64,000 bases of DNA from Psilocybe cubensis (lineage: Eukaryota): assembly GCA_017499595.2 (NCBI GenBank), contig CM039003.1:124001-188000 (forward strand), read 5' to 3'. This document shows, piece after piece, positions 53,031 to 64,000 of the stretch (its first letter is position 1; the number at the start of each line of letters is the position of its first letter). The position numbers and the translations under genes were made by a program. The notes under the pieces are model-generated. The model did no database searches. It saw only the letters and a program-made list of their open reading frames with translations, and was not told the DNA's origin.

Positions 53031-53676
53031 TAAGAAAAGTTTGTTATTCTTTAATAGATGTAGAAGAACTTATCAGGTTCTATAATTTTACTGGTCTCTA
53101 CTGGTCTCTTATAACGCATCTAAGAGTCCAAAAACGACATTTCATGGGTGTCGTCGCACCAACGTCGCACCCAGCAGCGGACCCGGAACCGGAGGATAAA
53201 ATATAACCACGTGATTGATGCTGAAACGTGTCGCGCCCGCCTGAGTACTATAGGGGTATTAAGTAGTCGCAAGAATCCACTTCCAATGATTAACACGCGG
53301 TCATGTTAAAATGAATCTTGACTCAGCTGGCCCATCAGAGTGTCTAATAGTGCCTCAAGAAGGAGCTGGTGCTACTATATATCATCAACGCTCCATCAAA
53401 AAAAAAAAAATAACCCGACTGAGCGAATCTTCTTTTAGATTTTATTCCCACAAGAAGTCGAATCCTTGCCCAATAACTAAAAGCAGGTTTGACGCAGCAC
53501 ATTTTATCACATTCGACGTCACATGTGTGAACGTTATATAGCGCGTGCGGAACATCGCATCATAAAATAGAGCTGTAAATTTAGTGAGCGTATCTGCTCA
53601 CACATAGATTATGAAGGCTTAAATACTCCCCAACTTTGAAGTAGCTCTATAGGACACATTCTAATATCATCCCAAA

Positions 53677-55231
53677 ATGCGAGAGGTTTCAAGTTTCTTA
53701 ACTCTATTCAAGTTCTCTGCGAAACTTACTATACTCACCATATGTCTCACAGCAAAGTTAGTAGGGGCTTCAGGTAACTCAACCGTTGTTTCGACTGGAG
53801 AGACTGTTGTAAGTACTTTTATCCCTGAACACTAACCTGTGGTTATCCCTGACCTTAAATTAGATTGTATCTCCTTTGTCGTTCGCTGTACTTGGTCAAA
53901 ATGCTACATTTCGGCAAAACTTTAAAGACTTTTTCAACCCAACCAACTCTACACCTCCATTCTTTCAATTATTTCACCCTGGGTTTCAGGCCATTCTTGG
54001 TTCAAATGCATTTGTCAGGAGAATAGCAACAAATACCACGTTCGCATCGGGTAGCTTTGCATTTGAAGCACCTATCTTCAACCCCCCAACGAATGAGTTG
54101 TTCTTTGCGAGTGGTCTTCTTCCACCCGAGAGCAGCATGACACATAATAATCGAGTCAGTAAAATTAACATGACTATGGTTGACATCTCCTTGGAGCGTA
54201 AAGCCACAGATATCAATATTCCTTTCACGACGGTAAGTTGTATGTTCTGGTCATTTATTGAATTCATTTGGTATGTAGCTATCACTTCCGGAAACTGTCC
54301 AAGTTACCAACGGAGGTACTGGTCCGTTCAAAGGATCACTGCTGTTTGCGACTCGTGGTCGCCAGAACCTTCCTCCTGCATTAGTTTTGGTCAACCCAAC
54401 GGCCCCTAACAATGCAACTGTGCTTCTCGACAACTTTTTTGGCCGTCAATTCAACTCAATGAATGACCTCAAAATTCATCCCAGCGGCAACATCTTTTTT
54501 ACGGACGACACGTGCGTGACTCCAGTATCTTCAACATAGTGCTCATTTTCAATTGTGTGTTCATTGTAACGTAGTTTTGGGTTTGTGAACGATCAGAGAC
54601 CTCCACCTTCGCTACCCAGTCAAAGCTATATGTTCGATCCGGAAACAGGTCTCGTCAGAATGGTGTCAGATGGAGCCATCACTCCAAACGGAATAGCATT
54701 CAATGCGGACGGTAGTGTCGCGTATATGTGCGTATATTTAAGACCGTCTTTTACAAATCTATTGTGACGTACTTGAAGAGCCGACTCGTCAGCGCTGATC
54801 AACAACACTCTTTCTGCCACAATGTGAGCCCCGTCGCTGGCACAGGTCTTACGACCTTCACATATATTTTACAGATACGCTTATGATGTCGACGCGAAGA
54901 CCTTTGCATTCAATAATCGCAGAGTTTTTGCCTTTATTGATACGGGAATACCTGATGGAATACAGGTCGATACCAATGGAAACGTTTACGCTGGTTGCGG
55001 TGACGGAGTCCAGGTATGAAATGTTTCATGCCCCAAGTTGGCTTTGATCCCTGACCGTTTGAATGCGATGAACAGATCTTTAGAGAGGATGGTGTATTGC
55101 TAGGAAAGATATTTGTAGGAGCGAATGTAGCGAATATGGCGTTCGCAGGTGACGGAAGACTTGTCATCCTAGCTGGAAGCTCTATTTTCCTTGCACAAAT
55201 TGAGGCAAAAAGTGCGCTGTTTACAATCTAG
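53677..55231 (+). CDS. SMP-30/gluconolactonase family protein 2 (tandem paralog)
   Basis: Same motifs and intron layout: FAFEAP, GRQFNSMNDL, PNGIAF, GIPDGIQVDTNGNVY. Confidence 0.85.
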
Positions 55232-55388
55232 CATTCGTCGTAGACACTGTTTTTCTTGTGTTCCAACCCAAGCGTCCAAATATTTGAGGAAGTGGAATGG
55301 TATATTCACCACGGAAGCCGCGGCATTTATGGCTCATCGACGTCGCCCATGGAAAAATAAAAGTAGATGTGAACACAGGAGCTCGTCA

Positions 55389-57411
55389 TTATACCATATA
55401 GCGGAATCCTTTCTCCTTTACGCCTTTCCTCAATTCTTCTTTGTCCAAACCTTCATTTACCACGGTGAAATGCCATTTTAAAACGCAGAGCATGAGAACA
55501 GCAAGCCCAGATGTCGCGATACATATTCCGTAGGAGTTTCGGTACGTCGGACCCCAGGTAGCAGGCCAAACATACCTTTCATTTATCCAAATATAAGTAT
55601 AATTTCTCCAACACGCAGAGTAGACGAAAACGACAACGTACGATCCAGCCACATTTCCCAACTGAGAGAAAGCGTTTATGATGGCAATTGCCACGGCTCG
55701 CTTCGATGCGGGGTAGGGAAAACTGTTGCTCATCCACGCGTAGAATACAATGTATCCGGCGTATGACTGGGCCATGAGGAATCTGAGTATGCAGACATCA
55801 GTGCAGTGTCACCACGTCTCGCATATTGATTCCTGGAACATACAATGAGATATAACGTGCAGCGATATTCATCGTGTTGGTTGCAATAACAAAGCCTAAA
55901 ATACCAAGAATGAGCGATCCTATGCAGTGATAAAACCGTTCATTGGTTTTGTCTGAATGACGCGAGAGCCCAAAGGCTATAACGGTCGTAAAAAGGAATG
56001 GTGGTGCACAGAGAAGTAGTGTCACCGTTTCGTTGAATCCCATGGTAGCACTCAGTGTCGGAAAGTAGGCGTTGAACGATAAGGAAACGACCCATGAAGT
56101 TAGTAGCAATGCCATCCACCACACCTTCCAATCTGTAATTGCCATCCAGAGGCCGGTATGTCCATTTGCATCTTCGCCCTCGCTTTTTCCATGGCTGTCC
56201 TCTTCCATTCGTCTTAATGCCAGCGCCCGCTCTTCCTCGGTCAGCCATTTAGTCGTGGATGGGAAGTCGGGTAGTATGAATATAGCCAATATTGCCACTG
56301 CAATTGTCAGTACTCCTTCGATAAAGAAAAGCCATCTAGAGATATTGGTGAGCATACGAGTTATGCAGCGATAAAAAATTGCAGACCTCCATGCAGCGTG
56401 GCCGAGCTTCCCTTGCATCCCACTAAGAATTCCAGAAGCCATAAGCGACCCGAAGGCATTACTGATAATGTTTCCACAATATAGAATTGCGGTTCGCAGA
56501 CCTAATTCATTACGCTTATACCATTTAGACAGAAGAAACTGGAACATTACTTTTAACAAAGATCGACCAGGACCGAAATGACGCCATCATAACTCACCAG
56601 AGCTCCAGGAAAGAATGCTGCCTCGACAAACCCGAGAAAGAACCGCGTTAGCAAAGCTCCTTTGAAGCTATGCGCAATCAATATATATTGCAAATTTTCG
56701 AGAGAATTTGTACTGTACTTTGTGGTTACTCCTGTTCCGTTCACCATTAATATTTGGAAACACTAATGGACGCAAATTCTCTACACGCACCAGTAAGGCA
56801 AGATATGGTACCCCAAACGACCATGCACGCCGGAAGATATAATGAAGGCTTTCCAATCCAGTTCAAGAACATGTTCCTGTGCAGTAAGTCAGTTTGGATG
56901 GTTAGGCAACCTGGCGTTGTAATCCTTGCTTACGATGGAACCTGCATGATTATATATCCCACATATAAGATTGACAACAACGTCGCGAATTGTGTGCCTA
57001 ATTTGAGTGGATGAAACGCCCTGTTTCTACGTTGGATGTGCAAGTCATACCATGAAGGTCCAGGTCAGACTGTAACCCTCGCAATCGTGCAGCACTGGTG
57101 TATAGTTCAGTACGAGTAAACGAAAAAGCAGGAAATCATACCCGGCATTATTCCTGTCGATCTAAAGCACAGCTAGTCAGCAGAGGTCTCTGAAAGGCAA
57201 CAGACGGGGTTTTACTCACGTAGTTTAGAATATAAATGACAACGAGAATGCTCATCCTCAAATCTACCTTCCACAACAGCTTTCTCTCCAGTACCTTTCG
57301 TGCCTCCGTGCCGCCAAACTCCCCATCAGGATCCTCGATTTCACTGAGCTTGGACTTGTGTGATTTCTCCGAGGTGGAACGAACAGACGTGCTGAGTTCA
57401 GTGGAAGGCAT
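55389..57411 (-). CDS. MFS transporter, anion:cation symporter (allantoate/tartrate-like) family
   Basis: ERKLLWKVDLR, NYIDRNN, RFFLGFVEAAFFPG, WYKRNELGLR, WRWLFFIEG, LPDFP..WLTEEER, terminal FRYMV. Confidence 0.9.
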
Positions 57412-58983
57412 ACTGGATAGACCGTTCCCTCTAGTCTTAAGCAAAGAACCGAGAGATAAACCGGTCAATGTTGAAAAGCAGAGCTTACCTTCGTTCTCAA
57501 TCTCGTGTCACGTCTATAACTGGAATAGGATCATGAGAGTATCTGGCGGGCCGATGCTAATTTCAGAAAGAAGGCAACACGTCGGAAAGTTGAATCGTCA
57601 TTGGAGTATGTCGGGGGTCATGAGGGCCACATACCACTGTCATCCATCAGGATAGACTGAAGTTCCGAAGGTGTATGGGTATTCCACTTCCGGATTAAAT
57701 GCAAGTAGTTTGTGAAAGGCTCTGCGTGTCAGCAATGGATGAGGCACGTTTTCAAACGTCCAGGAATCATGTGGTGTGAAGCGCGACAATCTTGTGCAAC
57801 CAAATACAATTCAATTCATAAAATACTCACATATATAACAACGTACAGCAATACGATGATCTACTAGTAATGCTTATGCCGTTGACCAAACTTGATTTAC
57901 TCGATTTCCTTTGTCACAATTTTATCATCGATATTCATACATTGGCCTGGTAAAAATTGTAAGCCGGAGGCAATGCCATGTATTGCAATCACTCACCGTT
58001 CTCTGCAAGTAAAGCATAACGAAAAGCGCATTAATGATGAGGTGATCTCTCTTGCAACGATGCTGACACCGATATTCAAACGTCTAGCATCTTTGACGAC
58101 GTTATAGCAGTTTGTCTATATTTGCCTATCAATATCGTATCTGTCGGAGAAGCAGCAAGACGCACTGAGGAGTAAAACCATGCTCTGGTAGTTGAGCTTC
58201 CTATAACCTTGACGTCGGTCACATATGTATATATCAACCCGCCGAAGGAAACCTCGAATATCTTGTTCATGTCGTAGCACTACCCGTGGCCAGTATTCCA
58301 TGAGTGTCTACAATGGTTATTAGCCATTCGCCGAGTGTTAGACTGGCTCGATGCGGTAGTAGGGCATGATTAAAATAGGGGCCAGGATGTAGTCGTTGGA
58401 GAATGCCTAGATGCAGAGGGTAGACCAACCAACCGCTCCAGCTGATGCTAAGAAGATATGAATCTTGAATCTTGAATCTTGCGCATGGAACCGGTTCACC
58501 GCAGTGAGGGTTAGAAAACGCCGCTTTGGACCGCCTGGAGTACACGACCACGACGCCAAACGCCAAGTCATTGCCAGTTGAACATGTTCCTAAGAGAACT
58601 TCGACGTCGTCTTGTAATGCCTTGCGTTAAGCTGGCGTTGACTTGTATTCTTTTTACTGGGAGCACAATATAGTTCCTGCACGAAGTCTGAGTGTCAACG
58701 AAGACAGACGTGCCTCAAAAATTTACATTCCATAGCATTGTTGACAGATTCCCACGAAGGCCGTGATCTAATCTTATCTCCTGCATATCTCGGACCGGAA
58801 CTGCAAACTAAAAACAATCGATCAAAAAACTTTGGTTAATGGTTTAAACGCAAGTTCAAAGCAGAGCTGGTGGGTTAAATAAAATCAAAAAGATACTAAA
58901 CTATATAAACTATAGTTTTAAAAAAACATGAAATGTTCAGAAGTTAGGTCCGATTATGGATTGTACAAATTAACAGGCGCGGT

Positions 58984-59711
58984 CTACAATCCCAGCGTGG
59001 AAAGCGTGAGCGCAAAGGCCAGCCTCCTCAGTAAATTTGCAACATTGACAAGCCTTGGTATATGCGAGTCAGCACTAATAGTATTCATCATGAGGGTGTT
59101 GATACCCACAGATTTGCAACCAAATTGAGAACACCGGCCAAAAGTCTCTCCAGTCCGCCAAGAAGTTGGTTCAATGCAGCATCTAGTCCAAGTCCTCCTA
59201 GAAGAGTCGTGATACCGGGAACAGCAGTGCTAACGCTATCCAAAGTTGTAGTAATGTCCTATGCGATGCAAAATAAAAATTATACTTTGGCCAATGGTTT
59301 GGATAATTTCCTTACCGAGACAATTGGCGCAATTGCATTAGCTACATCTGAAGCCGAACCACCGGACGACGAATCAACCGACTCAATGCTAGCCAAAGAA
59401 GATGTTGCAGTGTTAAGGGACGCAACGAGGTCAGTTATAAGAGGAGAAACATTTAATTCCGACGCAGTGCCCCCGGATACAAGCGAATCTGATTAAAAAT
59501 GGTTCCTGTTAGTGAATGGTATTGACTTTTCTTGAAAGAAAACATTACTGATTTGCGTAGTAATTGTGCTGGTTGAGCTTTTCAAATCGCTGACAATTGA
59601 CAGAACATCAGACACGTCGGCACGTTTCTCGACATTCTCTGGAATGGGAGTTGCTGATATAGTGAAGGATCCCAGAGCGAGAAGTGAAACGAAGAATCGA
59701 GATGCGAACAT
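58984..59711 (-). CDS. SC15-like small secreted protein 3, 4 exons
   Basis: Signal peptide, VEKR|ADVSDV, LGLDAALNQLL.GLE.LLAGVLNLVANL, LTLSTLGL. Confidence 0.85.
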
Positions 59712-60257
59712 GATGGCTTCTTTGGAGGAATGGGTTGTTGAATGTGTAGACTGCTAATGAAGCAAAGAGCGAAAACCTATCTTTTATACCTTGTAGTTGT
59801 GGAGTAATAATGCCCAGTCTTACGCGTATATCGTCAATATATTCCGAAAAAAAAATCCACCAAAATGACGCGAATGTATGGATATCGCGAAGTAGAAGGC
59901 AAGACATCATTACTCCGCATGTACTTTGTTACAGCTTTGGCGCCAAGAAAGAATATTTAAACTGCATAATCTATTTTAGGAAGTGCGTGAAAAGAAACAG
60001 AAACCGGTTGAAATATATCATTTTTCTCAAGAGATATTAGACAGTGGATGCATATACATAAAAACGTTACGCCCTCCTGAACAACATAATGCATTTTCTT
60101 TGTAGTCCGCAGAACCAAGTTATGCTAAGTATCTGGCTACCGTCTATATGAATAGCACAGCGCCAACTCGACTCCAAAAGCCATGTGGAGGATAAAAATA
60201 CTATTCCATGTATAGTGAAATATTCAGTCGCTAAATATCTCAGTATTCACGACGTAT

Positions 60258-60977
60258 CACTGCAGGCTCCGATACATGTTTGATGTCAAACATTGACAAT
60301 CAAACAGATATTATGTAGGATGTAGATGTTTGATGTCACGCACATATTGTGTTTGACAACAAACAGGCTTCAGACATAAATTGTGTTTGAACTCTGTGTG
60401 ACATCAAACACCAAATATGTTTGAGCACTGTTTGTTAAAAAATATTAGCCTGACATAATACCTGTTTGAATAGCTGTATGATAAGTTTCTGTAAGAGATC
60501 AACCATAAAATCCGTATCTTATCTAACATGAATATCAAACATATTTTATATAAGCATTCAACCAGAATATTTGTCCGAAATCAAACAATTATCAAACATC
60601 CATTTTTTCTCGCATCTGATTGGTTCATACATATCTGTTTGGCAATCTGTTTGATTTCGGACAAATATTCTGTTTGAATGCTTATATAAAATATGTTTGA
60701 TATTCATGTTAGATAAGATACGGATTATATGGTTGATCTCTTACAGAACCTCATCATACAGCTATTCAAACAGGTATTATGTCAGGCTAATATTTTTTAA
60801 CAAACAGTGCTCAAACATATTTGGTGTTTGATGTCACACAGAGTTCAAACACAATTTATGTCTGAAGCCTGTTTGTTGCCATACACAATATGTGCGTGAC
60901 ATCAAACATCTACATCCTACATAATATCTGTTTGATTGTCGATGTTTGACATCAAACATGTATCGGAGTCCGCAGTG
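60258..60977. mobile_element. 720-bp CACTG-type fold-back MITE (TSD TAT)
   Basis: CACTGCAGGCTCCGATAC ... GTATCGGAGTCCGCAGTG; TAT at 60255-60257 and 60978-60980; ~330-bp near-perfect inverted arms with a ~60-bp spacer. Confidence 0.92.
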
Positions 60978-61394
60978 TATCCAACTGTTGATTGCTATGA
61001 AAACTGTTGGAAAATTGGCTCATGTACTGATAAACCTGAGCCAAGCCTGTACTGGGCATTGCCGGGCACAGCGCTCAGCAGTGGGTGTGGGAATGGGTTA
61101 TGTAGACAAATCTGGGACCTGGACCCACCTAGATCCAATCTGGGTCTTTGTCGTAATGTCCAAATGGTGACTAACACATGTTTTCCCGGTACTTGTCCTA
61201 TTAATAGACTAACAACTTCGCTGTTCCAGAGGCTAGGGGCAAAGCGAGGATAGTGAAGAATGGAGACAAACAACATGTATTGGTTATATATCTAAGGATT
61301 TTCAGAGACATTTACATAGAACGTTTACGTAGAAATGTGCCCGGAGTTCTACTGCTTCATCACAGGAAGTGGGCCACTTCCCCTCGGAGCCTAA

Positions 61395-62122
61395 TTAAAG
61401 CCCCAATGTAGCGAGGACAAGGGACAACGCAAGAGAGCTGAGAACTCCGGCAATGGTAGTCAACCTTGAAGCAAGTAGTTAGCTGTTTTAGTCGTCACTA
61501 TCTCTTGAAATATGACTTACAAAGCAGAAACCAAGTTGAGTACTCCAGCAACAGAAATTTCCAAACCGGTGAGGAATTGGTCCAGAGAAGCGTCAACTCC
61601 AAGTGTTCCGATGACGGTGCTAAGTCCAGGGACGGCAGTTTGGGCGTTGTTCAAAGTGGTGGTGATTTGCTGAAATATTTCCCCATGTTAGAAATGTTTG
61701 ATTGTCCCCGATAAGTGTACACCTTACCTGAACAAGGGGGGCAACAGTGTTGGCAACGCTTGCGGGGGTACCACCAGTGGCCGTGCTGACGGGTCCTAGA
61801 ACACCGAGGGAGGATGTAGCGCTGTTCAAAGAGCTAACCAGGCCGCCGATGAGCGGTGTGAGGTTAGATTGAGTGGCAAGACCTCCAGAGAGAAGGGAGT
61901 CTAGAGGGGGAAGATTGTGAGAATCTTATTATAAAGAGAAGTAACGCGTTCCGTACTGATCTCTGGAAGGATAATTCCAGTTTGTCCACCGAGGGTTCCA
62001 AGAATCCCGAGGACGTTGGAGATGTCGGCACGTCTCTCAATGTTCTCGCTGGGGACGGGTGCAGCCAATGCGGAAAGGGCACCGAAGGAGAGCAGAGGAA
62101 GGAAGAAGCGAGAGAAGAACAT
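61395..62122 (-). CDS. SC15-like small secreted protein 4, 4 exons
   Basis: Signal peptide, IERR|ADISNV, QTGIILPEI, LGVDASLDQFLTGLE..VAGVLNLVSAL, LVLATLGL. Confidence 0.85.
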
Positions 62123-63651
62123 GTTGAGTAGATTGAGAGAAGCTAAGACTGTTGCTTAAGAAGAATTCAACTGTGAGTTGACTGAGGGAATGCAGAATAT
62201 TAGGCCACCTTATATATGTTTTCCATATGACAAAACTTGTCGATAGTTTTTGAAGTCCACAAGGCACGTGGAAAGCTTGTACAGGTCATGGAAAGAGCAA
62301 CATACGGCACGCGGTCCCAAAATAAACACCAATGAACATATCGAGTGATCTCCGCAACACGAAGGCAACATAATGTCAATGCACAGGCAGCGGATGCCTG
62401 AGCAATGACGAAACCGCCTTCATTTTCTGGGAAAAACAGTCATGACAGAACATTAGGAGTATTGTGAACTTGCCGCGATTCCCATCCGATGTCAAAGCCC
62501 ATCTGGGGTCTCCGAGGCCGCGGCCTGTCCTATGTAAAAATATGCAAAGAATATTGTCTCGACCAAATCTACGACCGTACACAGAACTTAAAACACCTTT
62601 AGGCTATACGTCGAGCGAAACCTCATAGTTCCATTGAACCCTTGACTTGACATCCATCAAAAAAGACTTATACAAGCTCATGGAGGAGGTTCGGCCTCAT
62701 AAAAGGACCTGCGTAGTAATTCCCAGTCAATCTACACCCTGCACGATTCACGCAAGGAGACATTTACAATAATATGTCATCACGTCATGCGAAAAGGGGA
62801 CGACAAAAAAACAGCTTTCTGAGCTTATAGATCAATGTGCTGATGCTCTGCGGTTTATCTTCTCACCGACGCTCGGATGTTTGTAACTGGAACAATGAAT
62901 CTCAAGAAGGTAGGTTTTTCCCCATAACGTGGTAAATTTGGGTCCGCTTGCGGGCATGCGCACTCGAGACGCTCACAATTCAGGAACACTTACAGGACTT
63001 ACAAAGTGGGGCTAAAGGAACGCAGTACCAGTCAATTAGATGTGACTGTTCACAAGGAGCAAGAAAATTTTATGACACAACTATAAGTATAGACGGATCA
63101 TCCCGAAAGTACATAAATAAGCAATGTACATACCATATTCATGAACAAAACATACGGATTTCGACAACGTTACAGGCGGAGCCGTGAGCGAATTACTTGT
63201 GCGTGGTAAATTATTATTGAGCAACTTCAAATTTTATGGCGCAATGCCATCATCGTTGTGGCTGTCATATGCCAGTTACTCGCACATCAAATCCCCTTGA
63301 ACATTTCCAACTCATCCCCCGTTACTGGAATGGTTCTATTGCCTATACACAATGTGTGAACATCAGAAATGCATTCCTTACGAATAGGTACAGCGAAATA
63401 TCTATTGAAACGTGTTCTAGGTCAACGTACATGTGCAATTGACAAACAGTAGTGGCCAAAGTCATGACCTGAACACTCCTAACTGTCTCCCGTTCGTTCG
63501 GCAAATCCAATTGATAAAGCGTCCGCCTTTCCTAGGTTATGTCATTGAAGACAGGCCTGGGTTGAGGCATATGGTGCTTCCAGAGCATGATCGATCACAT
63601 ACAGTCCTGAGAATCGTGTTGAACAATTATGATACTTGGATGGGGTCATAA

Positions 63652-63935
63652 TTAAACGGGGTTCAGGTGAAAGAGAAATCCGGAGTTGTGCTTCGCTGAC
63701 GATTGCTTAAACCCTTTTATTCTGCCAAAACCACGAGCAAGAGGCTCTTCGGGCTCGGGAGACCAAGTACTTCGCTCCACCGTGTCATAAGAGCTTGCGA
63801 ATGGATCATCAGAAAGGACACCATTATGCCGGAAAGAATTATTGGATTCACGGTGTTGAGTGCCTTCGGGACCCAGTCCCGATTTCTCCTGATCAGAGAG
63901 TCTACGGTTCTCTGGGCCCGGGGTCTGAGAAAAGG
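63652..63935 (-). CDS. Probable last exon of a gene extending beyond the window
   Basis: cttgcag acceptor then an open 94-codon frame (FSQTPGPENRR...FHLNPV-stop). Confidence 0.4.
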
Positions 63936-64000
63936 CTGCAAGCGATATCAGCGATTGAATAATGTATCAGACTGAATAAAAAACACGTACAGAAGCGACC

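Noticed and set aside
53088-53170. Short duplications (tactggtctc x2, cgtcgcacc x2)
   Set aside because: Too short to distinguish from slippage or chance.
59062-59496. 144-aa plus-strand ORF
   Set aside because: Antisense shadow of SC15-like gene 3.

Overview
Intron-rich fungal genomic DNA, consistent with an Agaricomycete (mushroom-forming basidiomycete): short ~50-70 nt introns and typical gene families. Positions 1-~11393 are the right part of a Kyakuja-Dileera-Zisupton (KDZ) transposon. It carries an apparently intact CxC2-KDZ transposase, an intact TET/JBP dioxygenase and three accessory genes, and it seems to have truncated a ricin-B lectin gene. Next come two DUF6533 membrane-protein genes, both with twin 2-nt microexons encoding Phe-Cys, flanking a HET-domain gene with an in-frame TGA. 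The rest holds three CACTG-ended fold-back MITEs (one nested in another), three more 7TM-like genes, four SC15-like small secreted proteins, GH131-CBM1, an SGNH esterase and an AKAP7-like 2H phosphoesterase. A run of AA7-CBM13 oxidase, GMC oxidase, two SMP-30 lactonases and an ACS-family MFS transporter could form an oxidative sugar-acid pathway. Exon structures were spliced by hand and family calls come from motif recognition, not database searches.
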